Below, piece after piece: positions 39,843-54,720 of a stretch of 64,000 nt of DNA. The DNA lies in contig OZ024743.1 in the NCBI GenBank assembly GCA_964016885.1, positions 32,736,001-32,800,000 on the forward strand, in the 5' to 3' direction. Numbering within the stretch: the first letter of the stretch is position 1; every line of letters starts with the position of its first letter. The DNA comes from Eledone cirrhosa (taxonomy: Eukaryota). The translations under genes were made by a program, and so were the position numbers. The notes under the pieces were generated by a model. That model did not search any database, had not been told where the DNA came from, and saw only the letters and a program-made list of their open reading frames with translations.

Positions 39843-42216
39843 ATGCTTTCAAAAAGATAATAGCTACTGAAACAGTATACAAATTAGTCCACTTAGAGAT
39901 GTCATGGTAATAGTAACTCTAAGTTTTGTGAAGCTATTAATATTAGCTTTTTCTGTGAAATTAGATAAAGTAACTATATTCTAAATTATAATGATTTTGA
40001 CAATGATGTTGCCGTATTTTCAAGTTGATTTGTATTCTGTAAAGTTCATTTTATTTCTTGAAATGTGCTCTCTTCAAAGGAGTTGATGAATGGGGACAAT
40101 GTAAAGTAGACAGGACTCTTTGGTCTTGTCAAAGACTTGAAAGCTTTTCTATTGTTGATGCCATGATAAAAGCTACCTAGTACACTCTTTAAAGTAGTAG
40201 TGCTGAAGCCTCAATGAAATATGCCCTGACACATTGTAAAGAGGTTGGTGTTAGGAAGGGCTTCTAGCTATAGAAACCATGCTAAAATAGAGAATGTATT
40301 AGTAAGATATGGTTATCCAACTGTCTTGTCTTGAACCAAGATGACCATCCAACTTATGGCAGCATGGAGAACAGATATAAAATTATTTATTTCCATCAAT
40401 ATCAGGAATCTCTTCCTATCTGTTTAGACATGTTCTGGTTTAGTATTATACCAAATGAACTTTAATTAAGTGATCATACTCTAGAGATTCTACAGAAGAA
40501 ATGGTTATTATTATTAGATGCTTGTTAGTTTGGTAAATTACTGTATTTATGCTTAATAGTCTGGTGTTGTTAATGGTTTCAAATTAAAAACAATAAACTG
40601 TTATAAAATGCAGTATCAATGCTTTGTAATTGAACACTGCTGCAGTTTTGTTTCTGTATTACATATGCACATCTCTATTATCTGTACATCTCTGTCCAGT
40701 CATTCCCACGCCTCTCACTTCTGTTCTCATTCTCAATCATCTTTGCCTCGAAACAAGGCAACTTCTTTAGTGTTGATAATCTCTGTGTTGTTGACATTTA
40801 GCCTGTAACAGCATAGGGCAGAGAGGACTCTTCAGTTGTATCAAGGACAAGACAACCTTCCTTGACCTGATGCTACAATACAATGCACCAAGTGCATTTT
40901 GTATAGTGTTTGGAATTAGTAAAACTCTCCTAGCTGTAGAAATTGAGCCAAATTGGAATGTATGTGGGAGTGACCTCCAGTCAGTCTAGGAGGGCAGTAG
41001 TTCTGATAAAGTACTGGCTTGTTTTGTAACAACCCAACCAACCTATATTAGCATGGTAAAATGGACGTCAAAAGATGATTATGACTCCTAGGCCACTATG
41101 TTTACATTTAATACCTGAAGAATTTATCCAGCTTATATCTTATAGATATTTTTCTAAATAATTGCTATTAAAAAATGATATATAAGCTGTTAGTGTTTTA
41201 TACATTATACATATTTCCAGCAATAAAATTAGTAATTTCTGATGAGCAAAATATCTCTTTATGCATCTGAATTTATTTTATTTCAGTGTCTTTCTCTTAA
41301 ATATTTTGATGAAATACATTTTTATTTTACATAAGATCTTTCAGGGAAATATGAGATTCTGGCATTTTGGCAAGAATTCTCTTCATTTACACTTACCCAG
41401 TTAGCAATCTCATTTTGTTCATAAAGAGGTCTTTAAAATATTTAGCATCAAAGAGTTTTCTGCAAAGTTTTCAACTTTACAAATCATTTGATTTTATTTA
41501 GTACTTATTCCTGCATCTGCAGTGATAAGAAATACAGCTGAAATAAAAGTACGTCATACAGAATTGGTTGTTAAAAATATTGGAAGAATATGAATATTTC
41601 TAGAAATCAAATCTCTTCATTTCATTTTTCTTTTACATGAGTTTTTCTACTTATAATATGAAAGTATTGCATGATAAATAAAATTTTAATCTAGCAAAAA
41701 GAGGAGGAAAAAATTAGCTTTGTTAGTAAAATGAAGTCTAGAAGTTAATGGGCATTCGAATGGTATATACTATGAAGTAAAGAATAAAGAAAATATATTG
41801 CTGCATTTTAAAGAAAGTATTGAGTTATTTTATTTGTTTTGCTTGGAGAAAGAGAATAAGCCTATTACTTGACTGGTTAAGACATATAGTATGTCTTAAT
41901 ATTCAGTAACACAAAGCTTTGTGATGTTTTATATTTTAAGTTAAAGGGTTGGCTATTGTTGTAGTGTAGATCTATTTTATTGTAATTATTATTAGAGCTG
42001 TTGAATGGACACAAATGGTAGTGTACCAAACAATACAACTTAAGCATTCATTTTCTATTTTCTTAGTCCCCATCTTGTTTTGGTTGGCGCTACTTTTCAT
42101 TCCTTGTCTTATTCATCTCCACACGCTTTTCTAAAACCTCTCTAGATTTTAATATTGATGATGTATTTAATTGCTCTAAGTTGCTAAATAAAGGAAATTA
42201 AAATTATTATTGGCAG

Positions 42217-42403
42217 TGGATTGGCAGTATCAGTAGAGGGTTAGACACCATGCTTTGCAGCATAGAGTTAAGGCCCTTTATGGTCTCAGTTCAAATCCCA
42301 CTGCGGTTAACTTTGCCTTTCATCCTTACGGGGTCGATAAAGTAAAGTACCAGTAATACACTGGGGAAATTGCTGGCCTTGTGCCAAAAGTTGAAACAAT
42401 TAT
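42217..42403 (+). mobile_element. Full-length family A SINE (further copies 43782-43887 +, 47142-47318 +, 47611-47718 -, 51384-51565 +)
   Basis: tRNA-like head, core and tail; TSD attattggcag on both sides. Confidence 0.85.
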
Positions 42404-45004
42404 TGGCAGAACCATTGGAGTGTCAGACAAATGCTTATAAGTATTTGATCCAGCCCTTTACATTCTGAGTTCAAATTTTATAGTGCATTAGAAAACACAA
42501 AGAAATAATATTGGAACCAATAGTTTGAATGGAAAAACAGTATAGACAATAAGGCTAATAATAACATTCTATCATTTGCAAACATCGTGGGTTAACTGGA
42601 ACGAATTGACTTGAAACAAATGAAAGAAAATGAGGAGTGGACAAAATATATCACCAGATGGATTTATCAAGGAAAGGATGAGAAGGGTGTGATGAACAGA
42701 GAGGTGACCTGCAGCAACATGTGGTTGGGTGGGGATCTGAAAATTAAAATGATTCCTCAAGACATCAAGTCAATCCTAGAGCTATATCTCATTGAGAGAA
42801 TGAAGGAGAGGTGACAACTCAATTACTACATATGTTGTAGTAAAGGACACTTTTTGACCATGTACCCAAAAAAGGCTGAATAGAAAAGAGAAAAAGTGGC
42901 AGCAGCAATAACTGCAAATCCCAGATTTTGAAAATAATGTTTGCTGTTACTGCTGTTTCCAGAGTACCAGCAGACACAGCCTTTGGAATAGACAGAGTAG
43001 AAGCAAATAAAATTACCTCTTCTTCAGGACCACAGCACTGGGGGTTGAAGACAACTGTAAATCCAAGAGGTCCCTTTCTTGCACAGTACTAGCCAGGGAT
43101 TGTGAGCAGAGTGCCACATGGCAGTGATAGGAAGGAGATAGAGATTGGAGAATGGTGAGAAACTTTATTTTTATGCCTGAACTTTATTGTGGCTGATCCA
43201 AAGGGAGAGCCTACTTAAGGCTCACCCTAAAAGAGGACAGATCTGCTGTGCTAATTGTAAAGGAAATAGGAGACTTTAGATGACAGATACCCAGTAAAAA
43301 ATAAACCATGTCCAGGGTCTATTGACAATTGAGAAACCATACTCCAGAGCATGCTGGACACTTCACAGCTTGACTAAGGTTGAAATTCCTCGGTGGCAAT
43401 TTTACTGAAGCCTATTTTGTAAGAGTTGTTTGTAGTGGAAGATGGCCAGAGTCATGAAGTACCTTGCTCCAACCTAGTTGAGAGTTTCTCACCATTAAAT
43501 ATTAAAAATAACAATAACAACATATTGAAATGTTACTACAAAAATATTAATTGGTACTAACGTTTTGTTATTATTTTTTATATTTAATATTCGATATGCA
43601 TTCTATAAAAAAACTCTTTTCTACACACTCCACAATGCTTCAAGCAAACTGCAACACTTCTATATAAAGAAAATAAAGTACTAAGCTGGTGGCTAATTTG
43701 TTGAATGAGAATCATGGTAATTCTGCATGAATTTATTTTTTCAAATACATTGTTTATGTGATAACATCATTATTTTTTACTTCGCCGAGGTTAACTTTGC
43801 CTTTCATCCTTACGGGGTCAATAAAATAAACTACCAGTAATGTACTGGGGTATTGCTGGCCTTGTGCCAAAAGTAGAAACAATTATTTTTTACTTCCTAG
43901 TTTTACTTGCTTTTCAATAACTGACTATAAAAAGAAATAATACACATAAGTTCACATCTCTCTCCCTATCCCTCTCTCTTTCTCTAGTAATTATACATAG
44001 ATATATTATTAATAGTTATGTTGTAAAGGCATTCTTTTTAATATTTACTTGTGCAGAAATATTGAGAAAGCAATACATTAAATGAGAATTGTTAAACATC
44101 TAAACCAAATGATGAAACTAAAATATTTGATCAAATATCCATCTAATACAACATAAAATAAGCTACAACTCCCAAACCTTTCCTGTTGTAATAATGTCTT
44201 CATTTTATTACTCCAATTTGGACTTCTAATACCCAAAACATCACCTGAAGTTCAGGTTTATTTATATACAAAAAAAATAAAATTATAAAAGCAATGCACA
44301 ATACAATGAGACTGGTTGAGTGAAAGATAAACAAGATATAATTTCTATACTGGGCCATTGATAATTTGACTGTAGTATGAATAAAAATATATTTGCTGAA
44401 AAGATGTTATGCTTCCCCTTTGTTTACTAGAACACACCAGCCTAATCAATAGTAAATTTGTAAAACATAATAGTGATTTATCAGAGATGTAGAGTTTATA
44501 TTCAAATACTGCATTTGAGGTTATAGCTCTCTTTTCTGTATCAGAATACTGGGCAGTTGACAGATGCAAAGTATAGACATTTGATTCTAACCTTTAATAG
44601 GAAATCTATGATCTTATATCTGCAAACAGGTTTTAATAATAGCTTATAGTTGTCCTTTGGTTTATAAATGAATATTTATTTGTATTAAAACTAGCATAGT
44701 ATGTGGCAAATATGATAGGGCGTATTGTAAAAAAAATATATTTAATAGCTCTTTGATTATGACATTCTATGCTTGAACCCTCAAATTTCCCTTGACCATC
44801 TCCCTCTTGTCATTCTGGCTATTTTACAATCATTTACATCCATCACAATATTGTTTTCCATATTTTCTTTAATCATTGTCAAACATATATCTACTAAATT
44901 ACGATGACTCTGTTCTATCTATCTATCCATCTATCTATATTCGTCTGTTATTGAGATTTCTGCTACAGTCCATCTAGTTGTCTGTGTTGCTGTAAACAAC
45001 AATC

Positions 45005-45041
<37 letters not shown>

Positions 45042-46000
45042 GTGTGTGTGTGTATCGTTTGCTCAAATGATATCCAGGGCTGGATTTATCAGGGGGAGGT
45101 AGGAGTGAATGACCTGGACCCCTCTCCATATAGAGAGCAGGGGCCCCACTTCAAACAGAGCTCCTGCTACCTTTTAAAAACTGAGCCCTGGTCATAAACA
45201 TAATTTCATCTTTTAAAGCATATGTTTTAAAAATGTAATTGATGTCGCTTTTGTGCCAATTTATCAACATTTCTTTACTTTAGTGATACTAGTTGGCAAA
45301 ATTAGGGCTAGCTACTGTATATGGTGTATATGTACAAAGGTATGTTTATGTGTATACATAGTTTATCAATGATGGTGTTTGATGTATATATATTTATGTG
45401 AGGTTATATGCTTGTGGTGTGTATGTGTTGTTATATGAAAAGCCCAACAAATGAACTGCCCCTACCAAAGATCTACATTTGGTCCTTCTTATACTGATGG
45501 GTATCAGTGTTTTGTCAACACTGTGGGTATATATCAAGCATATGCTCATATTACCACTTCTCAAACAATCACAAAATGGCTATCACATAATCATATGTTT
45601 TATCATAATAATAAATATACTGGATTTTTTTCGTCTGTCTATCACACAAATGTTTTAATCTCACAAAAACATCCTATTTTTGTTTTAATATTCATAGAAC
45701 ACAATTGAAAGTGAGACAAAAAAATTCTTCTAAAATGCTTTCAATCATCAATGCTTTCTGAATATTACTTCTTCCCTCTGTAGATGGATTATATACTAGT
45801 ATTTATACTAAACTCTTAAACTAAATCATATTCCAAATTTATTAATTTATGTTCTAAATAATTGTTCCATTGGAAATGATTAAAATAATTTCCAGATCAA
45901 TACAGAGTTATTAGGTTTGTCAATATCTCATTCAGTTTCTGTTTGCTGTCACATTAAACATATCTAATTCCTTGCAAATAAGCAAATACAATTCTAATAC

Positions 46001-46272
46001 AAAGTGATTGACTTTGTGTATGTAATCTTATGCCAGATTTCTAATTAACCAGACAGCTTAACTTGATGTGTTATTTTGTGAATAATATTTAAAATACAAC
46101 TGAATTAATAAGAATACAACTTGAAATTGTTAAAAAAGTGATTGACTTTGTGTATATGATCTTGTGCCAGATTTCTAATTAACCAGACAGCTTAACTTGA
46201 TGTGTTATTTTGTGATTAAGATTTAAAATACAACTGAATTAATAAGAACACAGCTTGGAATTGTTTAAAAAA
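46001..46272. repeat. Tandem duplication, 134-bp period, 2 copies
   Basis: aaagtgattgactttgtgtat... begins at 46001 and again at 46135, with scattered substitutions. Confidence 0.92.
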
Positions 46273-46965
46273 TGACAAAATTAATGATTATTTGACGGAA
46301 AGATTCTCCAAACTCCCAAACATGTTTGATCATCAATTTACATTTGAAATAACAAATATGACAACCATTACTTCTGGGATAAAAGTTGTTCTGTTGCTAT
46401 TAACACAAGAAATTTCTCCACTTTTATAAGAAATTTGCATTGTAAAATATTAATACGAAGGTCATTAAAAATTTATGACAGGATGAGTATGGCATATAAT
46501 TCAAAATGACATTATAATAGAATATAATCATTATAGATAATGATGGAAAACAATTTCTTCTATGCATAAAAAAGCTGTAAATACCTGTAATTTTCCTTTT
46601 ATGTCCTAAAATAAAAAGAAAACCATTTCAATAAATATGGTATTCCTTGACACATGGCTATCCCTATCATTCATATAAATTAAATGCATTTCAAATTACT
46701 TGGTTTTTATTGATACCTCTGGAAATCATTTTAGCCTTGCTGTTTATAAATACAAGTGTATCTTAAGTTGTCATTTACAAATTCGATTGTAATAAAGATT
46801 CTTCACATTTCAGCTTTTGTAATTTAATTTGAAAATTTAATAAATAAATTATACGTTTAAATGTTTGGTATAGAAAGTTAATATACTGATAAAAAACATT
46901 ACCCAAGTTGTTAACTACATCTTTTGAAATAGTTTAGCCACCATTTGTCATCAGAAGCCATATAC

Positions 46966-47005
<40 letters not shown>

Positions 47006-47810
47006 ATAAGCTTCAGTTGTGATTCAAATCATAAATACATGCTGGATTCCACTCTGCCAGATAAGTAGTAAATAAATTCTTATTCTATTTATACAAGAAT
47101 CTTATGCTATCTGATCATTGTTAATTAACATTATAAGTTGAATTGGCAGTATTGGTAGAGGGTCAGACATGCTTTCCAGCGTAGTTACGTCCCTTTACGA
47201 TCTGAGTTCAAATCCCGCCGAGGTTAACTTTGCCTTTCATCCTTACGGGGTCGATAAAATAAAGTACCAGTAATGTACTGGGTAATTGCTGGCCTTGTGC
47301 CAAAAGTAGAAACAATTATAAGTAATACTTTTAGATAGGTTATATATTTCATTATCTTAAACTTGAAAGATTCCATAAGTAACACTCCTACTGTTTTTTT
47401 CCAATTCCACAATACATATACATACTTTTCTTCCTCTACACCACAGTGAAAGTGTATAAATAAACTCTGGCTGTTTCAAACCAAAGTTACTGTTCTTCTA
47501 TTTCCAGCAAACATCATGTTCAAAAGTTGGTCTATCCTTGCAAAACTCTTCAGTCTTTCTCACTCCAGAAGGATCTACTCTGATCTTCAGAAACACACAA
47601 CAATGTCCCAAAGGCAAAGTTGACCTCGGCGGGATTTGAACTCAGAGTGGAAAGGGCCGTAACTCTATGCGTCAAAGCATGGCATCCGACCCTCTACCGA
47701 TACTTCCAATCCACCACCCATTGCACTTATAAATGCCAACTTATTTGAACTGCACCTTTCTGCATATCAGAAATATGTTTCAAATTTGAAGTTCTTCTAA
47801 TACTCATTAA

Positions 47811-47988
47811 GAGTGCCAGATTTAGGACAAATGATGCCCTGTGCTACTTAAGCTATGAGGCACCTTATTTGGGCCCTGAAGGAGGTAGGCCCAATAAAAG
47901 ATGTTTTGGGGGACAAGAAGATGGGCCCCTCTGGCCAACAGAGCCCTGTGCTTAAGCACACATAAGCGCAATGGTAAATCCTGTACCG
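47811..47988. mobile_element. hAT-type MITE, same family as 6361-6531
   Basis: Perfect 8-bp TSD ctcattaa (47803-47810, 47989-47996); homologous interior. Confidence 0.85.
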
Positions 47989-48799
47989 CTCATTAAGTTT
48001 ATTTTCTAATTGGTTATATGTATTGCCTTGACAACCTTCTCTGTTGATTGATCCCAGTTTGTATTAATTCTGTTGAAATTTTTGCTACCTTGTTGTAATG
48101 CTTCTGAAATGATTTATGATGATTGATATGTTTCTAAGATATATTAGTGAAGCTGATATTTCTTGTTTGCTTACAGACATATATAATATAATCTTAGCTC
48201 TTGTATGTGGAGCATTGTCAGGCCTATGGATATAACTCACCAAGCTAGGTAGATATTAGTTTTCTTTTCAATAGACACAGTTTAAAGAATGTTGAGCATA
48301 TCTGATGAAACTATCCCTATATATTACTGGTGTGTTTATTCTCCCTCAATGTTTGGAAATACAGAGTTGTTCAGGTTAAAATATATTTCATATTCTTGTT
48401 TCTCATAAATCTTTTTATTTCTCTCTCTCTCCATTGTAAACATTATAAAGACTACAAAAGTTATATTCTCTCTTGCTTATTTATGCATTACTTAACTTAT
48501 GTGTTCCTTATATGATGAGAAGCATGACTTCACATATCTATACTGTTATGGAAAGAGCAACTTTAAATGGGGAAGAAATGGAAATAGTGTTTGAATTTTT
48601 TAATCTTAAATCTTTACGTATTATCAATATTTACCAACCAATCAATAGTTTACCAATTAATCAATAGATATATATATATATTCTCATTGTATAAGGTAAG
48701 AATAAGGCCAAGAAAACAGTAAAGAAAAGAAATCAACTGTCCACATCAACACTCAAGCACAAGTTAAATTATCTTTGTGTATATTATTTTAGGTCTCAA

Positions 48800-51330
48800 G
48801 AATTTTTACTGACTGTTTGCCACATGGGATAAAAGCATATTCTCTTTATATATACTATTTACTGGGTTGTATATCTGATGACCAAGCCATCTTAATTGAC
48901 TTGACTACATTTGCTGAAACATTATTTTTTTCTGATATCATGATGTAGAATTACAGCATACCATTGCATATATGATCTGTAAACCAAATATTATTAATAG
49001 AGCATATATGTGATTTCATTTGAATCACTCAGGTTTCACAACCATACAGAAAAATAAGTAAGCAGATGGTCTTGTATAATATTAACTTTATCTAGTGGCT
49101 GATACTTGATTACTGGAGATATCATAAATTTGGCATTGCTCTAAGTACATGACTACTATAACTGTTTCCACCAAAATTTCCAAAAAGAATTAGTTTGATT
49201 AGTCATACACCTATTTGTTTAGCATTGGCTACACTGTACACTGTCTTCAAAATGTTTACATTGAGTTCAACTGTGTCTAGGGGGTGTATTAATGAGCATT
49301 TATTTTGGGGTTGTGACATTATTCATATATGTATTTCTCTGCTGCTGCTACTACTACTACTACTACGTTGAATATAATACCCTAAAAACCATTGATCTGG
49401 ATACCTAAATATGGAATGTTATGCGATGCCCCACCCACCCCCACCCCCACAGCCCCGGTGGACAGGATGGAGAATGTGTTCCTGCAGAGGACGGCAAGGG
49501 AGACACACTGGAAAAGTCACTCCAACTCACAGGGTTCACACCTGCAGCTGGCCAGCTCAGCGCCTATGGTGATGAGTAGGGAGGTAGCCCTGGGGCCGAG
49601 GACACCAGAAGTCTCCACTGCCAGGGGTACAACCGCAAATCTGTCGGAGAACGACCGGTATTTGAGGAGCTTGGCCTCCTCAGCCCGACCTGCAGCAGAA
49701 CCTGGGTTAGTGACAGACTGCACCAGGTTGCGGCTGCAGAAAGTGTCGGTGCAAGTAGCATCCCAGACGAGGGGTTTGCCACCGCGGAACGGGAAGATGG
49801 TCATGCCATCTGGCCTTTTGCCATCCCCTCGGTCCAGCCCCTCCGACTCGAGCTGGGAAGGGAAGCCTGCAGCGTCCAAGCCATGCTTTATGACCTCATT
49901 GAGGGCAGCATGGCATGGAAGCAGCCGGCACTATGGCAACAGGAAAGCGAGTAGAGGCCGAAAGAGTCCACGGTGGAACCGTAGCAACATTGGTGTGGCT
50001 TGCAGATCCGGAGGCCGAGCCTCAAGGAAACGCCAATGTGCAGGCTATTGTTGTCTAGCTGCATGCCAGTGGAGAAGGTGGGCAGGGCATGGAGCCAGGC
50101 ACCACTGTGGGGTTTGGAGGCCGCGCGAAAGCAGGCAAGGCGGTGCTGGTCGAGCTGGCGTGTGAGCCTGTCTGAGGCCAGGCTGCACTGGATGGCATCC
50201 CAAGTGCTTTGGAGGGACTTGACGTCAACAGGAGGAGAATGAGGAGGGACGTCTACTGGGCTAAATCCCAGCCAGTCCCACGTCTCACAGGCGGCCTCAG
50301 GTTCTCTGAACACAGAGGGTTCTATTGTCTTTTGAAGAACCCTGCTGACGAGGACGCGGCATGAGGTTACCAATGAAAGATACGCCGGCAAAACCAGCGA
50401 GATCGGGGACTGGAGGCCAAGGCCGCCATACCTGACAGTTAAAGTGGCCTGTTGCCATCCAATGTCGTCAAACTTCACGTTGCATATCTCCTCGGCTTCT
50501 GCTCGGATACAAGTATCGAGGTCAGCGAGGAGAGATGTGTGGTTGTAGCACGGAGTATAGAGGAGCTTCGGCATGGCAGGGGGTGTATATAACCTTGGAC
50601 TGCCTTGATGCTGCAGTCAATAGTAGCAATGTCATCCATGAAAGCAAACTCAAATATCATTACACTTTCTTTTAGGCAAATTCCCTCATTTGGATGCTCT
50701 GAAGATATAGTCAATATCAAAGAGATAGAGAGCAAAAGTGTTTGTTGCTTTGTAAGATTCCTGAAAGTTCAAAGACATATGCAGTTTGATTATTATACAA
50801 GCTTTTTTGCTGTTAGGATAAATATGTCTGGTAGTATTGTGGTACAGTTTAATATTCCAAAAACAAAATTGTGGTTAACGCAGTCTAATGCTTTTTTAAT
50901 GTCAATGAATGTAGCTATTAGTGAAACATGTCATTCTAAACAATTCTTTTGAAAGCATTTTAGGATGTTTAACATAGCTTCAGTTACAGTGAAAGCCACT
51001 TTGTGTTGGTAACAGGGCTAGTTCAATCCTTTGTCTAATTCTGCTTAATAGCAATCACTTGAATAATTTTGAGAAGTGTGTTATCAATGAAATTCCCTTG
51101 TAATTATTAATGTTGTGAAGATTTCCATTATAGGGGATTGCCACAATGACACTCATACATCATTCATCAGGTGATAGACCTGTCTTCAACAAATAGATAA
51201 ATAGTGTGAGTAAAGTGATGATATGGAGGGCTTTTTCTACCACACTTGATTGCCTCATTAACCAAAGATGTATTTGTTTGTGCCTGGAGATTTGTTACTG
51301 AGTAAATATCCCATCCAGCTGAATAGTTCA
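48800..51330 (-). mobile_element. Old degenerate LINE RT remnant interrupted by a CRE-like insertion
   Basis: Minus-strand pieces TFIDIKKALD and FAFMDDIA; the reading continues (LNVNILKT) across the insertion. Boundaries are approximate. Confidence 0.55.
49290..50577 (-). mobile_element. 5'-truncated CRE-like non-LTR retrotransposon with an 11-bp TSD
   Basis: QATLTVRYGGLG, SGAWLHALP, LRLGL..C....C, EGLDRGDGKRPDG...GKPLVWDATCTDT and AVETSGVLG motifs. agggggtgtat is duplicated at 49279-49289 and 50578-50588; AATAAA lies near the 3' end. Confidence 0.88.
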
Positions 51331-54049
51331 ATGCTTATTAGTGGGGTGTTTCAGTTCAGAGAAAGTCACATTCTATTATTAAGGGTGGTAGATTGGTATC
51401 ATTGCTAGAGCGTCAGACACCATGCTTTGCAGCATAGTTATGGCCCTTTATGTTCTATGTTGAAATCCTGCTGAGGTTAGCTTTGCCTTTCATTCTTACG
51501 TGGTCGATAAAATAAAGTACCAGTAATGTACTGGGCTTGATTTAATCGACTTTCCCCTCTCCCCTTAATAATGCTGAGAAAAATATTGACCACACTTACT
51601 GAAAATAGTCAAAAATCATAATATATACATTCTTTTATTCTTCTATTGAGTTCAAACATTAGATGGCCGCCATGCATGAGTGCTGCTGTCTTAAAGGGAT
51701 TTAATCAGTCATATTGTTCTCGGTACTTTTTTAAAAGTCTGGTACTTATTTTATTGATCTATTTTAGTAGAACTGCTAATTTACAGAACATAAATACACA
51801 CATACATATATTAATTGTATATTTTTTTTTAATAGAATGGTCTGCAGGAAAAAACTGTGCCCAAGATCTTCACAGTTCCACCGGAGAGATTAATTTAGCT
51901 ATTGTTCCTTTTAAACAAATGCAAAGCAACAAGTACAAGAAAAGTGGGTGAAGGTGGTGATTTATCAGAAAGAAGATGACTTAGGGAAGAAGGACTAGGT
52001 GCAATGGTTACTTCAGAGTCTGGGAAGATGTAGATATAACATTGGTGATGAGAGGTTGAGGAATTTATGGTCTGAAAGTGGGGAGACAAATCAGCCCTGT
52101 AATAACAGTAGAAAAGGCAGAGTGATGAGACAACATGTTTGTTGGCTAGAAGCTAGAGTATGTTGGGGAGTGACCATGCCAATCAGTTAAGTGACCTTTC
52201 TTTGGATGTGGTCTAATATGCCTGTTTGTGTAGCAACAGCACATTTTCAGATATGGGAGCAGCACCCTATTGTAGAAGATTACTAATTGTTGGAAGCTGA
52301 AATTTGTTCTGGCCCTGAAGAAGTAGGTCAATCGTTGTGTTATAGTCCTTGTTTTTTTATGAGAATATGCTTTTGCTAGGAGAGATCAAGACTAGTCTTT
52401 CTAGCAAATTTGAAGGTTTTAATTCCATGCTATTCATGTTTAGGGGGGGGGGGGGGGGCAGCACAATGATATTTTCTATTTATGTAATGAATGTCTTTGT
52501 AGTGTTGAAGGATGGCATGACCATTTGAAATCTTGCAGCATTTTTGTAAATTTTACTAAATTGTTATAGAACTTCACACACTTTAGTTATGTAGAATGAA
52601 AAGTAAAGAAAAATAATTTGCTACGATCTTTTGACTGCAGCATTAGATACCAATCCCTTAGCAACTAGATTTTACTGATAGTTCTAAGTTATCCAATCTA
52701 TTTGGACAGTATCATTTTTCAGTGATGATAACTGTTTCTGTTGTGTCAACGTGCCTCATATAGACATTGTATCACTGAAAGATAAATTATTTTAAGTTAT
52801 TTCGATCTAATGCAGAAATTATCTCCATCAACCAGCTACATTTGATGTTTCCATGTAAATTAACAAAAATGTGAGTAAATGATGAGTCTTTACCCATTAG
52901 AATTGTGTGTAAGATCCTTTGTTAAATTATGCTCCAAACACCAGATTAATAATGAGAAATTCTTGATTATTTTCCAAATTAATTGAAAATCATAGGCAGT
53001 GACTTTCATTTAAAATATAGTAATGAAAAGGTTAAGCCCATATAAAATGTTTCCAAAAAGATGTTATTTTTGAAGCAGTTCTATATAACTTCTAAGATGT
53101 TTTACTAAAATGGTTGTCTTTGTATATACTTTTTCCAAAATAGATATAAATAAACCTTTCAAACAATATTTGCTATTATTATCATACGTTTAATATATGA
53201 ACTCTTATAAAAATTTCAATCATATAGATTGCTGATAATAAGTGTAAAAATAAGAAGAAAATCATTTATTCAAAATAAGTTTTGACAGAAATATTATCTT
53301 GGTAGTTATAGGATTTTCTATTTTCATGTACATTGTTATATTTTTTTCTTTTACTAGTTTCAGTATTAAACTGCCACTAAGCTGGAGCACTATCTTAAAA
53401 AGATTTAGTGGATCATATTCACCTCAATACTTAATTTTTAATGTCTGGTACTTATTTTATAAACCCCTTGATGTTAAACTACTGAGTTACAAGACAAAAA
53501 CACAGACACAAACATAAACATAGACATGGACATACACATACACTCATATATATAACAGGCTTCTAAATTTCCTTCATAAAAATTCCCTCAAAAGACATTG
53601 GTCAACTTGAGGCTACAGTAGAAGACTCTTGCTGAAGGTGCCATACAGAGGAAGGGAACCTGAAACCAGGTGGTTGCAAAGCAATTGCCTTATCCAGACA
53701 TTCATGGCTGATATATTTACTGCTGTTTCATTTTAATATTTGATTCCAAGAAATATTCTATATAATTCACATACTATCACAATGAGAACTATATCTTTCA
53801 ATGAAAATGTGACAATTGTAGTAATCTTTGATATAAAATTGTAACGAAGTAAGTAATGTTGTACTGTACCCAATTGTTATGAACAAATTCCTTCCAGCAA
53901 AATATCCTTGAAAATTGATTTTCTTATTATAGCTAAACTCACATTAATAAGATTTTGCTGTCTCTTTTGCAACCCTTTGCTGTTATTAACACTCTAAATA
54001 TGCCCCGTTATAAGTCACTGTTCTCGTATTTTATATATCTTTTCCTCGG

Positions 54050-54720
54050 TATCAGTCATTGTTATCTTAGACTACTTTCAAAAGGAAATCTTTCAATTAT
54101 CTTCCCATAGCCATGCCATGTTCTCTATATTTTCTATCACTAACATAACAATGTTGATGATTCCTTCTGTAATAGGTTAAAGAGTAGTAAAGAGTGCTAT
54201 CATCTGTGTAGAAGTATGTACTGTTAGAAGTGATTGTGAAATTCTTAACACATCAAAGGATGAGTGTGGATGACATAAACAAACCTTGCGTTACATCAAA
54301 GTTGATAATGTCAAAAGAAAAAGCCCATTGCATTGGAATGGTCAGACAGGGAACTTCTAATTTTATAAATGAGAGATAGATCAGATCCATAGGCAGGCAT
54401 CTTAGCTAAGGGGGAGGCTTTACTGATATCAAGAATAACAACATAACCTTTACTAAAGTTCTTAAGAGCTAAATGAAAGTATAGGGGAGGGATAATAGAT
54501 CTGGATCTGTAATTACTAGGCAGAGAATTAAACTGTTGGATACATACAACTGCTGCTATCAAACTTGAGATGTTGATAGTGACTTTGGCATTCTTGCAAT
54601 AAACTAACCTTCTTGGAAAATGTTGGAAGTAAGGGGGATATTCTTGCAATATACCACCAATCTTTAGCGTTTCATTCTCAAACCTAACAGATTCATTCAC
54701 TACACTAAATATATTGAACT
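54050..54720 (-). mobile_element. Degenerate CR1/L2-group LINE RT remnant (similar decayed pieces ~51950-52560 and 62860-63215)
   Basis: NYR..S and LDISKA motifs here; QYCSHIW in the 62864-63139 ORF. Confidence 0.5.

Noticed and set aside
43493-43590. Imperfect AT-rich inverted repeat as another fold-back element
   Set aside because: Low complexity, many mismatches and no HHR core readable.
47142-47225. tRNA genes suggested by GTTCAAATCC B-boxes
   Set aside because: Each continues into the SINE core and tail; no complete cloverleaf is evident.
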